Below, one piece after another: positions 25,360 through 37,762 of a DNA stretch of 64,000 nt. The DNA lies in the NCBI GenBank assembly GCA_010909165.1, contig MU008173.1:806001-870000 (forward strand), written 5' to 3'. The position numbers were made by a program, and so were the translations under genes. Under the pieces are notes generated by a model that did not search any database, had not been told where the DNA came from, and saw only the letters and a program-made list of their open reading frames with translations. Positions within the stretch are counted from its first letter, which is position 1. Every line of letters starts with the position of its first letter. The DNA comes from Anthoceros angustus. Taxonomy: Eukaryota > Plantae > Anthocerotophyta.

Positions 25360-26230
25360 CGCTATAAATTTTATCGCATGACGTCGTCCGCGACATCAAG
25401 TTCTTGATGGCCATGGAGAGTGGATTCTGAGTGGATTCTTTCCCTAGAAGGAGCGCCCGCTATAAATTTTATCGCATGACGTCGTCCGCGACATCAAGTT
25501 CTTGATGGCCATGGAGAGTGGATTCTGAGTGGATTCTTTCCCTAGAAGGAGCGCCCATATACTCTACTCAAATGGCGTACGTTTCACTCGAATGTAATCA
25601 AATTTTGATCCAGAAGGACCAAGTCTATGTTGCAGATGTGGTTGTAATCAAACCCTACTTGGGACATCGTATGCCAGCATGTCATCATCAATCCTCTAGG
25701 TTGGGTGGCAGAGAGATGTGCGAGATGTAGGAAGGCCTTGCCCATGCAGGAAGGCCACGCCTTCATTCATCTTGCTATCGAGACTCACGCGGCCATGGGT
25801 AAGGATTTTGAAGGTTCATCATGGCCTATGCTAAAGCCTACCACAGCCACAAAAATGGGGTTGGTCTCCCCCTTTCATGTATGGTGGCTTTCTTCAAGCA
25901 ACGGGTATCCTTCACCCTGTAGAGGCCAAAGAGAACACAACACAACCGCGAAAACGAAAACAGGAGATGCATCGGCTTCAACACCAATGGTAGGTAGGCC
26001 TTATCCTAGACCATGACATTCTTGGAGCAGTTGGTAGTTTTAAGATGGACAATGGCGGGGGCTAGCCCCCTTAGCCTTGGGCCCTCTAGAGAGTTATTCC
26101 CCATTGTCTAAGGGTAGATGGGATTTGCCATCTTTTTTTTATATAAAGTCTCCAATAGCGGGGGCTAGTCCTCCTTGGCCCGGGTCCTCTAGAGGGTTAC
26201 CCCATTGTCTAAGGGTAGATAGGATTTTAA
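25360..26230 (+). mobile_element. Second, more degenerate CRE-like RLE retrotransposon 3' fragment with a ~98-bp internal duplication
   Basis: HDVVRDIKFLMA, VYVADVVV, EGHAFIHLAIETHAAMGKDF, GDASASTPMVGRP; 3' tail homologous to 18.9 kb. Confidence 0.75.
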
Positions 26231-27093
26231 AGTCAACACGTTACTAGTTTGCAGCTTGGTTTTCAAAATAACAAATTAATATAATATAAAAAAATTATTT
26301 TAATTTAATTTAATAACTCACGTGAGGATTGAGTTCTTGTAAAGCACTATGAGGATATGCCCCTATATCCGTTAATTATCTAGGTATCATGATTCCATAT
26401 TCCTTGTTTGAACGAGAAACGTGTGAAGTAAGTAGCACACGAAAGATGTGAACTTCAGTCGCATAATTGAAACACATGATAAGGGGGTACTATAAAATAG
26501 AAATTTCTCTTTCTAACCAAGAAGGGGTCAAGGTCATATACGTAAGTCATACCAAGTAGCACTTTTGAAACAATTGATTATATTAGAATCAAATATTTAT
26601 TTTACTATATAATATAATAATATACTATAGATAATATTAGTGGATATAAATACTATGGATAAATTTATCAAGATATAAATATAATATATAATAAAAATAC
26701 ATAATCTAATCAAACCCCAAACCAAAGTGAATAAGTTGAGGTCGGTAAGAAATAAAGTCTCAAAATATAATTAGGATGAAGAATATAATTAGGATGAAGA
26801 AAGCATCTCTATATAAGGGGTGAGGTAGGTACACTTGCATAGATTGGATTTCGTCCACCCCATACTTAAATTCATCCTAAATTGTTGAGATTCTATTGGT
26901 TGTTTGATCCCCCCTGGTGAGAACTACTGCTCTATGTCAAACCAAGCAGTAGTTCTGCACCATGGGAATCAAACACACAGAAGGATCTCTATATTTATGA
27001 GTGAATGGTATGGAGTGCCTTTGCAATTAGGAGGGCGGAAAGGAACTGAGTCAAGGAACTGTGCCCCCAGCAAAGGTAACATTATTGTGATGT

Positions 27094-30000
27094 TTATTTA
27101 TCTCTTTGATGAATCAGGAACGAATCAAGAGTACTGTTTCGGAGCTTCGCTTTCTTCAGCGAGCCCGCTGCAATTTTTGAGCTAGTCTTCTTCTCAGCTG
27201 CTGAGCTACCCGAGTCTGTCAAAAACGATCTAGTCAAGCATTTCTCTTCCTTGTCCAATTTCAGGGCAAAGTGGTAATCTTCATGTTCCTGCCGGCACAG
27301 ATCACTGTCTGCGATCTGTTCTCCACACTCTGGACAATGATAATAAGCATTCATTCCAACATACCCATCGTGTTGCAGTCCCGTGGACTGCACCAGATCT
27401 GCTCCTTGCATTGATCTCAAGGATGGAAAACAGCCGATGGCAAACACATCTAAGCTGCCGACTTCACCTTTAGATTGCAGTCCACCTGTATTTATTCGAT
27501 CCTCACTCACTAGAGGAGATGCACAAGTATCAGCAGAGTTTCTGGATCCGTCCACATAGTGTATGCAGTTCATATCCTGTATCCAACCAGCGGGTTCCTG
27601 TTGCTCACTTTCCACAGAAACACCACCATTGTATTCGATACTTTTTTCAGCATCAAGAGACACCCTGTTTTTCCACTTTCCTTTACTAGGAGTCGTGGTC
27701 AGACCTTGCAACCAACACAAAACCATTTATCAGGGTGACAGTCTGCAAGGAGTAGAAAAACCCAGAAAACAGTGCAGTAAGAAGACACTCCTACCTGCAC
27801 AGTCTACAATGTCCTTCCATTCATTGTCTTCTGTGCCTTCCTGTTCATATACGGAATCCATGTGCAGACTTCCATCCATGCCCTGGTCAGTAGCCATGAG
27901 GCGAAGTACCTGACAGTCCTGCTCTGGGGCAGGTAAAAGTGAAGAACCCAAACTATTTGCCTTTCTTTTCTCAAACCCTTCCCTTTGAGCTCGAGCTTCT
28001 CGCTTGCTCATCACTTTCTGAAAAATCTTTGTTGGCATTTTTCCAGGACTTGCATTAAGAAAAGTTCTGATATCCGAACCAGGATCTGCACCTCCTGGTA
28101 CGTCAGACTTGAACTGAGTAGCACCAATGTTGAGGACTGCAAGGTTGTATGAAGGCCGTCTCCTCAGACCTTTAGCAAGTAAGTTCATAGCTGCTTCTAC
28201 AGCAGTTTCTACTCGGGATTCCAATGTTGCTGATGTAGAGACAAGCCTAGGAGGCATAGGTGCAGACAAGCTTGTGAAGTTCCTGACGACCAGAAAGTAT
28301 CAGGCCAGCGCAGTCCCTCAATATCTGAGTCATCTAACCAACTAACCGTGTACTGAACATGGTTGAAAGAACAGTTACCACGATTCCTGATATCGCCACT
28401 TCAAAGTGAAAAGCCCAGGTCTCCGCCCGGTTTCCTCCCTATCTGCATCTAATCTGAAAATCAAATCCGGTGCCAGTGAACGCAGTATTTGCTGTTCACC
28501 AGCTGCAAACAGTCAACACATGTAGCCAGAATACACAACCTAATTGTATTGGGAAACATCACACATACTAAAATTATTTGAGGTCATACTTCTGCAGCAT
28601 CAAATGTTGTACACGCTCTGAAAGAGTCCTCCACAGACAGAGATTTGGGATGGCCTTTGTCCCTTACAGGTGTCAAGTCACAACCTCTGCATGCATCGTG
28701 CAAAAATTTCCCAATACGATCTCCGAACCTGCCAAGTCAAGTTCGGGGGAGACAAACGTGAAAATTGATCTCGCTCCAATGGATTCCTAGATGCAGTGCT
28801 GAAGAATTTCATCTCCATCCATACCTGCCTAATAATAGCTCCAAGCTAAATTTTCTAATGTCCCCAATACTCTCAGCTCCCATTTCATTCAATATAGATT
28901 CAGTCCGCTTACCAACACCAGGAATCTGAGCAGAAACATAGTGCTACTTATTCAGCCAGCTACTGAGACTCACAACAAGCTGCATATAAATCACAGAGTA
29001 GCACCAGGGAAAAGTATAAGCAAAAAAGGAAAGAAAACCGTAGGAAGCTCAGCAAACAAGAGTACTTGGAATGCAGCGTAGCAAATATTGCACCTTCCGA
29101 ACAGGCATTGGATTCAGAAAATCGGACACAGCTGCTTGTGGAACACTGGTTTGCTTGTTAGGTTTGTTGACAGAGCATGCAAGCTTTGCAAGCATTTTCT
29201 GCACCACAATTTGCACAAGGTGAATAGCCATGGGTGACCAAAAGGTGCATAGCTTTGCAGGATATGTAACTCGTCAACCAAAGGTCACCAAAACATAAGC
29301 TTTTCTCCAGAGAACTTCACAAAATCAGGAGTTACGTTGTGAGCGATGCCACAAGAGAGGTGGAACCCAGTTTCTCGTGCTACAGCTGTGCGGATCTCGT
29401 TGACAAGTACACTGGCCAGCATAAGGAAAAGATCTGCACGTCTAAGTGACTTGAGCGCGTCATCCATACAAGACGGCATGCAGGAGTCATCTCCATCTGA
29501 GCCAATGACATGACCAGAAAAGTTCTGTGCATTGTCTCCTGCTGCCGACCGCTTTTTAACTTCAGCACTGATATCTACAGCTGCTTCATCCAGTCCGAGC
29601 CTGAAAACCAGAATCGGACAAAAGAGGCCCTCAATTCCTGACATGGACAGGTGGTCATGGAAGGATAAAGCACGACAGGTTCAAGTTCTTCTACCTCTCC
29701 ACAGTGCCGAACCGCCCAAGAACCCCCAGAATCTGCTTACTTGCAGCTCTGTACGGCGTCAAATCCTCTCCATTTATAAGGACAATATCCGGGCATCTGA
29801 GGCCAACCAAATTCAACAACTTTATGAGCAGTACCAGGCACATACAACATCCCTTTAGATACATAGAATCAAGAAGATCCACATCAGATACCTTCGTTTG
29901 GCGTCATCAATAGAAGCCATTTTTGGAACCCCCATACAACGTGCCACATAATTGCAGGTAACCACCAAAAATTTCTGCAATCAGGAGAGAACCGCTGAGA

Positions 30001-30372
30001 GCACTTCACGTGGAAGCACTGCTATATGGAACTAACTTGGGGCACGCATCGAACCTGTGTGATGCCTACGGGAAGATCCTTCAAGTATGGACGCCGCAGC
30101 ACTTCTGCCTGAGCATAAAAGCAGTCTGCGTCCTGGTACAGAACGACCAGTCAGCACTTTACCCAGCTGCCCATCCACCATGGATCACTTACACACAGCC
30201 AGAAACAAACGCCCGTAGACTGAATTCTCACAACTTCATTGCGAAACGCCCACCAGAAATCTTAGTATCCAACGCCATTCTCATTTCAAGTACAGGCACA
30301 GCTCAAAAGGATACTCACGAAGTGAGCTACTGCATGACTCCAGGAATCCGCCTCGGCCTCGGCCTTGGCCAT
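27094..30372 (-). CDS. POLI: Y-family DNA polymerase, Pol iota-like core with C-terminal UBZ, basic NLS-like patch and PIP-like box (about 11 exons)
   Basis: VAHF|DADCFYAQ, GITQ|KFLVVTCNYVAR, CPDIVLINGEDLTPYR, VERLGLDE, SCGIAHN|KMLAKL, NKPNKQT, PKSLSVEDSF; tail CPECG...EHEDYHFALKL...KKAKLRNSTLDSFL. Confidence 0.9.
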
Positions 30373-30574
30373 GGCTTGCTAGCCGCCCCAGGTTTCTGTT
30401 GCACCCAGACAGAACCAAGCCTATGGTAAGAATTAGCTTAATTACGGTGCACTAGGGATATACTTCATGTACATAGATACAATGTACGTATGTATCTAAT
30501 ACGAGTTGAAGACTTGAAGACTATGTACAGACCTGCCTTCCATAAGCTCTCTAAGGACTCCTTCTCTCTCTAAA

Positions 30575-30582
30575 TAGGGTTT
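30575..30582. promoter_or_regulatory. Telo-box (AAACCCTA) in the POLI/RPL30 divergent promoter
   Basis: TAGGGTTT about 100 bp upstream of the RPL30 ATG; typical of plant ribosomal protein promoters. Confidence 0.6.
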
Positions 30583-30682
30583 AGGGCTTTGCCGCACTCA
30601 ATCCTTTCTTTCGGTCTCCTCTCGTGAGCTTCTGGTGCGACGTACGGTACTCCTGCGCCGGAATTCGCCTTGCGTCGTCAAG

Positions 30683-31474
30683 ATGGTGGCCGCCAAGAAG
30701 ACAGTAAGTTCTCGTAAAATTTGTGCGGCTCATGTTTTTAAGCTTTAACTGCAGGCGGATGAGGGATTGCAGCTGCGGAGGTTGTTAAGGTGGAGCACCC
30801 TCGATAGCTTGGCCAACTAGGTCGTTGCTGAAGAGGGTTTTCTTTGTCCGCGATTGTCAACAGAAAAAGGCTCAGGAGAGCATCAACAATAGGCTTGCCC
30901 TGGTGATGAAGAGTGGCAAGTACACTCTAGGGTACAAGACATGCTTGAAGTCGTTGCGTAGTGGAAAGGGTACTCCCGTTGTTCTGAACGCCTGTCCAGC
31001 ATTAGGGTTCACCGTGTTGTTGCCGACCTGAGGAATTGTCGGATCTTACAGGCAAGCTTGTGATCATTTCCAACAATTGTCCACCTTTGAGGAAGTCGGA
31101 GATCGAGTACTACGCCATGCTTTCGAAGACTGGCGTCCACCATTACAGCGGGAGTAAGTGGATTGTGGCTGCTGTAGTTTTGTTGCGCGTTGGGCTTTCT
31201 GTGGTTTTGCGTTTGTGGAATGGAGCTGCCTGCCAGGATTTGACGTTTTGATCCACTCTTTTGCAGACAATGTTGACCTTGGTACAGCATGCGGGAAGTA
31301 CTACCGAGTGAGCTGTCTCAGCATTACAGATCCTGGTACAAACTTTCAACCACGCCTTCGGCTATGAGTTTATTTTTCCTCAACTTTGATTCACAAATCA
31401 TCTGTGTTCTTACGTTGGCTTCGACTGTGGGTGCAGGTGATTCCGATATCATCAGGACAATGCCGGCCGAGTGA
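30683..31474 (+). CDS. RPL30: 60S ribosomal protein L30 (eL30)
   Basis: MVAAKKT|[25 protein letters not shown]...[16 protein letters not shown]...[12 protein letters not shown]...[12 protein letters not shown]. Confidence 0.97.
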
Positions 31475-32024
31475 GTAGTGTACGACAGGAGCCCATGAAC
31501 TTTACTCTTCTGCAGCCCTCATTTTTGCACAAAGAATTTCTGGTTCGAATGAGAACTGGAAAGTTTCAAGGAGTTGCTCACTAGTTTTTTAGGGGGCCTT
31601 ACATTCCTGAGTTGGAGCACATTGCTTCTCCGTCAAAGATGCTGCAGTGGATCTGAATTCAAGGGCCTTCCAATTTTGGGTTCGTGGCCTATCTCGTTTT
31701 GCAGGTAGTGGGTGGGTGTACATTGGAGCTCCGGAACCGTGGCAACCTTTTCTCATCTAACCCAGTCAGTCGGTACGATCCCTTCACTAGGTGTATGAAA
31801 CCTTGGTGACTTAGAGACCTCGGTAATATCACCTGGGCATTATCAGCATGTCGAACAACCAACTATCTCGTGGACTAAGGAATCTCGTTCGAGTACTTTC
31901 GATAAGGACAACAGCAGTTCTGCGATGAAACCCTGTAAGAGGGGTCCACTAGATTATGCGTGTGAAAACACGGGATCGACAAAGTCCGGCACGACGAATG
32001 CGTTGCGGTAACCCTGTGCCACCG

Positions 32025-32813
32025 TCATTTGTGCAGCAGGTCATCAAGATACATGTTGAGAAAGTAGCGGCCCGTGGACTGCACGTCAAGCCGCTTCTGG
32101 CTGGGCTCGTACTTGCCTTTCCTCAATTGGTACCGATAGGTGACACCAGAAACAATATAGGGTTCCCCTCTCACCGTCACTGTCTCCCCGCACTGAGTGT
32201 TCTGCACTAAAAACATAGGACAAGCTTGATTGAGGTTCCAGGCAGGCAATGCACCATGTATGCAGTGACAGGAGACGGCGTTAGGGGCGAAGCTCACCGG
32301 GGGCAGACAATGAATTCCTAGGTGCCTTTGCGGGGGGGTGATTACCGTCACATGGTAGGGCAACAATTCCCTCTCTCCCCTGTCCTTCCTTTTGCACACC
32401 ACCTGAACACCACGCCGCTGCACACCACATGCCCCACAGAACTGCTCAGCACGAATGCTCAAATGCGCTAGCTTACTTCAACAATGTCGTCGGGTCTGCT
32501 TCTTCCGTACTGCGCCAGATGTTGCGTGCGAGGGCGCTTGAGACTTCAAATCCAAGGAAGCACAGATGTGGTGCACAGATTCCAGCGGCCCGCTCGCCAT
32601 CTAGGATTCTCACCACCTCTCTGTTTTTGGCATCCTGAACGGAGTATTTTCCATACTCTTGTCGCCTATGCAGTCCACTGGCACGCATCCATAGCAGGCA
32701 CCCCCTGCAGATATATCTGCTCTCGGTGGTCTACAAAAGCCCCAAATTTGTGAGAATGAGATTGTAGGAGAACGTACACGAGCTTGAACTCCAGAAATAA
32801 AACCAACAGCCAT
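32025..32813 (-). CDS. Small conserved, probably plastid protein resembling cyanobacterial DUF6464-type proteins; 5' end uncertain
   Basis: LPYHVTVITPPQRHLGIHCLPP|NTQCGETVTVRGEPYIVSGVTYRYQLRKGKYEPSQKRLDVQSTGRYFLNMYLDDLLHK*. Confidence 0.65.
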
Positions 32814-33317
32814 CGGCTTTTTCGTAGAACAGAAACTTTCCAGCCGTAATTTCAGCTGTATTAATGGGATACTGATCTCTTCGTGGCGGTATCGGCAGCG
32901 ACTTCAGTCAACGTCCTCGAAAGGCTACTTTCTCGGTAAGACAAGTGGCTCCCGTATTGGTGCAACACGAGAGATTCAAACCCCGCAATCAACCCAAGAA
33001 CCCAGGGGTACAGTTGTAGAAGGCTTAGGCAGGAGCACTGACGAAACCGGAGGTGAAGGTTCATTCCGGCACAAAAAAGCTGCCACGACTTCGCTCCACC
33101 AAGCTCGTTCTTGCCACATAGCCATCTCAGCAACGTTCACTACTGATTCTTCCAAGAGTGACATGCCTACACTATCGCAGGAGAAGGTCTTGGCGGCGAC
33201 CTTGAAAGACGATTTGGGGCAGGAGAGTGGCTTGGCGAGCTGCAACAACACGTATGATAAGGAAACCACTAGAGGAAAACAGAACAGCATCCAACCAAAT
33301 AGCCAGATAATAGCAAC

Positions 33318-34943
33318 TTACCGAGACGCGGTACCCTTCACAGCAGGGGCAGGCTCCCTTGAACGACCAGGAGGTGAAGACGAAGTTCTTGGAGGAGGAC
33401 TCCGGCCTCTGCCTTTGCCAGATGGCGATCCTGAGTATCCCCTAGACGACGGAGACCTTGAAGTACGATCACGACCACGAACAGGAGAAGGAGAGTAAGA
33501 ACGATCATGCCTGAACCCACACACAAACACAACCACATTCAGAAACACCTGGTCCAAAATTCACCAAGCAAAATTCTTTCCACAAACCCCATCGGTACCA
33601 AGCAAGTAGTACACGAAATCTTCTACAAGAATCGGAAACCTCACCTAGAGCGACGGCCACCCCTGGGAGACGGAGAATAGTACTTGGGAGATCGAGACCG
33701 AGATCGACCTGCACATGAAGTAACAAATGTAACAGTTCAACAGACTGGTATTTCAGATCAATTCAACGGATAGTTCTTGGAACACTGGGGTGTGCTGCGA
33801 ATGAGGTCAGTACCATAAGGAGACCGCCTCCGGACAGATCCATAGGGGCGATCACGATAGGAGCTGCCAAATCCCACCATAAAAAGTGTTAACAACATTG
33901 AACACACAGAGGAAAATGTAAGTGAGCACACCGATAGACCAAAAAGTTAGCCTTCTACCTTGTTCTCTCCTTTGTCCTCATCTCGGCAGGCTTTTTCCGA
34001 TTCTCTTCGGCAAACACAACAGTAATCTCTCTCCCGTTGATAAAGCGCCTGTCCATGTGGTACTGTGCTTCGGCCGCATCAGCGGGATCCAGATACTGCA
34101 CAAAACCGAACCCACGAGGTTCTCTGCAAAACGCACAGCATCAGCATAAGGACTAAGCCGGGCCTAAACCTAGTGGCGCGCTAGGTTAGCTAGTAGACCT
34201 GACTTGCACTTATATCTCGGACTGCCAGGCTTGTGAGCATCAACCCTTTATCACACTTCCTATAGAGGAGTGTATAGTTAACTTTCACAACATGCAACAA
34301 ACAAGCTCGTTGCTGCTGACCTGCCGTAACAGAGCCCTAGAGATCGCCTCATGAATTAAATGAGTGGACTTCAAATTCTTCACTTGACTTGAAAGCATGC
34401 ATCACTTGAACTTCACTTGACTTGAAAGCATGCATCAGTTGGAACTTCACCACTTGACTTGAAACATGCACAACTTGACTTCCGATGATCCGTGAGTGGG
34501 TAGTTATCGGCGGCCCGTGCAAGCTCACAAACATGACCCGCCGAGGGATCTCAACCAGTGGATCACCGCTACAGAGAACGCAGAACTCACCCCGTGTAGT
34601 AATCCTTGGGAAGATACACATCCTTCACTGGCCCGTACCGCTCAAACGGCACTCGAAGATCCTCAGACCTGCTAAAGCCGGAAAGGGTCAGTAAACACAT
34701 GCCCTCACGCACCAGCATCGCCACCCCAACAAAAAAAATGCAGCCACCGAAATCCTAAAACAACACCACAAAGCGTGCCACAATCCGCCTCCTCTCACCT
34801 GCAATCCCTGGGGATGTTGCGAACTAGGAGGCTGGTAGGCGGATCCCGGCGGCCATAGCGGCCAGGCCCCGGGGCTAGGGGCTTCGCCTGCCGCCGTAGC
34901 CCCGCCGGGGAGGCGGGCTGTAACTGGGGCTCCTCCGCCTCAT
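33318..34943 (-). CDS. SCL: SC35-like (SCL) SR splicing factor; apparent indel/stop in exon 1 as assembled
   Basis: MRRRSPSYSPPPRRGY..., PTSLLVRNIPRDCR|SEDLRVPFERYGPVKDVYLPKDYYTG|EPRGFGFVQY...FAEENRKKPAEMR, RS-rich tail. Confidence 0.9.
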
Positions 34944-35439
34944 GGCTTGCGCGAGGGCGGCCCGCTCCTTCACAATCTCACCGCCGCGCAGCAGGTCACG
35001 CAAACAGGAGGCGCCAGCGCCAGCGCCAGCAGCAGCAGCAAGAAGAGCGCCACAATACCAAGCGCATCGCCCGAAAGCTAGGGCTAGGCACTGAAGTAGA
35101 AAGTCAGGTGGGCCGCCGCTTAAGATCGGACAGGGACAGCCAAACCGATCCCGCCAAGTGAAAAGTGAAAAATACGTAGCCACTTGCCAAGTTGGCACAC
35201 TGCAGGACAATTCGCATGAGACGTCATTGAAAGGAGTATGTAGGTATCTGTCTAATTTTATTTTATTTCCATATACATTTGAAAAATCCCGTACGTTGGT
35301 TTGTCGTGGTGGCGAAGTTTTAGGGTAGGGTAGCCTGGGGAAGGCCGGAAGCTGCTTCATTTGACCGCGGAACTTACATAGTTGTTTCTTTTTGCGAGCT
35401 GCGGAACCGCAGCGGAATATGTGTGCAAGCCAGTGCTGA

Positions 35440-37762
35440 ATGGCGCGTACCGCAGCTGGGAGGAGCGCGGGAACGCGGCTGCTTGCGGGACTGCGCACTC
35501 GTGTGCGGCGGGTGCGGAGGAACCTCGGAGGAAGCCGGAATTTGATCGGGTAATGACTGTGCCAAGCAGCTCGTGCTGATGCGCGCTCCGCCCTTGCGTC
35601 TCGCCATCGCGCTGCCAGACAGCGAATCAGATGTCGCGCTGGGGCGATTTATCCGCAGGTCGGACGGGGCTGCTGTGGCCCATGCAGTTTCAGATATGGA
35701 GGAGGATGCATGGAGAATTGCTGCTGGAGGTCCGGCTTTTGGCGGAGAAGTGGAAATTCTTGCTATTTGGCATTGTGTGCCAGGTTGATCTTCCATCCAT
35801 TTTTTTTTTCTTTTGCTTTCCCGTCGGTTTGAATTGGTTCAGGAGGAAGTAGCCTGAGATCGACGCTGTCTTTTGATCCGGCTCTGGTTCGTTTCTGGCA
35901 GTATTTGCATGGAGTGATGGCTCGAATTGCGCACTACTTGCATCGGCCTCAGCCGGTGCTTCATGATGTCGGATTTCAACTGCTGCCAGTACGTCGTCTT
36001 CTCTTGTTACTTGCGTTTTGCTACTAAGGAAAGCTTCGAAAATCTGAGCTGCAATTTTGCGAGGGAGCTCTATTTTGTTGGATTTTGTGCATGGATTCGG
36101 GGTTTTTAGCACCAGGTCTTCATTCTGCCGTCAACTTGCAGGAGCTTGGATTGGAGAGGGCGTGGATCAGCGAAAGCTTGTTCAGCTTCATGTTCGTGTC
36201 CTTCTTTCTGGTATCCACTTTCACGCTTTTCCGTTGTCTGTGCTTTTACCAGTTTAGGACGATGGTGAACTGGCAACTTGTGTTCTCTGGTCACCGGACT
36301 GTAACAAGTCTCTGCTGTTTGGTTCAGTGGACTTTTCATCCATTTGTTTTCCATAGTAAAAGAATCTATACGGTTACCGTATGGTGCAAGACACTTGCAG
36401 TGCTAATGGTGAGATGCGGTTGTGACCTACCTCAGTTTTTACAAACTGCTGTTGTTGTGCTGCGCCTGCCCAGTGTCAGCTCCCTGACAGGTAGCGTCTC
36501 CTGTTGCAGATGTGTCAGTTCCTCAGGGTCATCACTTTCTTGGTCACACAGCTCCCTGGTCCTAATTACCACTGTCGTGAGGTATGATTTCGTTTAGGTT
36601 CCTGTCCTGTTGTGGAGTATATGAGTAAGGCTGTCCAGCAAGTAGCCTTATCATTTTGTTGGTTGTTCAGGGCTCGCCTACTGCGACACTTCCTCCACCC
36701 AAGAGTATCAGCGAAGTCATTCTTCTGAATTGTACGTGTCTGCTTGTTGAAGCCTCAGTCTTCTTTGTGAAGTGAAATTATAGCCGTTCAGAATGGTGTT
36801 GAAAGTACATCATTCTTTTTGTTCAGTGTTGTCTATTTCATTACCATCTTCTCCTCCCTCATGTGTCTGTGTTTTGTGTGCAGTTCCCTATGGGGTGCTT
36901 TTCGGGTGCGGGGATCTAATTTTTTCATCACACATGATATTTGCTCTTGTTTTTGTTAGGACATATCATAAGTACGGCACAAAGAGGTGGGTGCACACAG
37001 ACCAGTGCCTTCACTTGGTTCTTAGCCTAGTCTAACTCTCTTTACACACGCTCTGCTGCACTAGCAAAATCTTTCAACTTTATCATGTGTATCTGTGCAG
37101 TTTTCTAAAAGTCCTGTGTTGGATCGCTGCAATTGCGCTCAGTCTTCTCATCATTGCTTCTCGCAAGCATTACTCTGTAGATGTTGTTGTGGCATGGTGA
37201 GTAGTACCAATCTTGTGTGAAGTTGCTATAGTGTTCAGTTTCTTTGTCATCATTGAACATGTGCCCTGTCTTGCTTAAGTTGTGAGGTTGGACCTCACGG
37301 ACATGACTTGTTGTTGCAGGTACGTCACCATGCTGGTTTTCTCTTGTGCAGAGCGTTATCTCTCTGACAGAGGTATTGCGCCATGGTCTTTTCTTCTTAT
37401 TGGTCTGGAATATTTGCGAGCTTGGCAGTCTAAAGATGTTCTGAGCATGCTTGCTGTGTGGGATGCAGATGTTACTGAGCGGACTGGTCCAGGTGCTGCT
37501 CCTGTGTTGCCCTCCGTTGCAAGGATGAAGGATAGTCGTAGCAAAGATGAGTTTCAGAAGCTGGTGAATGGCTCCACAGAATTGTCGGCTGAGTGGGTAA
37601 GCACACCTTTAAAACCGGTTTGTCCATTACTAGAGAGGTGGGAAGTTGTGATCAATCCTTTCAGCCTGTAACCTGGTTTTTTTGCAGAGACAACGCATGC
37701 CAATCAACGGCAAGCCTATGGAGGATGTGCACTTGGATATCGGAGCAAATGGCAACATCTGA
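35440..37762 (+). CDS. IPCS: Inositol phosphorylceramide synthase (IPCS/ERH1 family); first exon tentative
   Basis: [59 protein letters not shown] catalytic motifs. Confidence 0.92.

Noticed and set aside
30306-30318. U12-type donor GTATCCTTT in POLI intron 1
   Set aside because: Lies 4 nt inside a U2 donor (GTGAGT) that gives the correct HF|DAD frame; no U12 branch point seen
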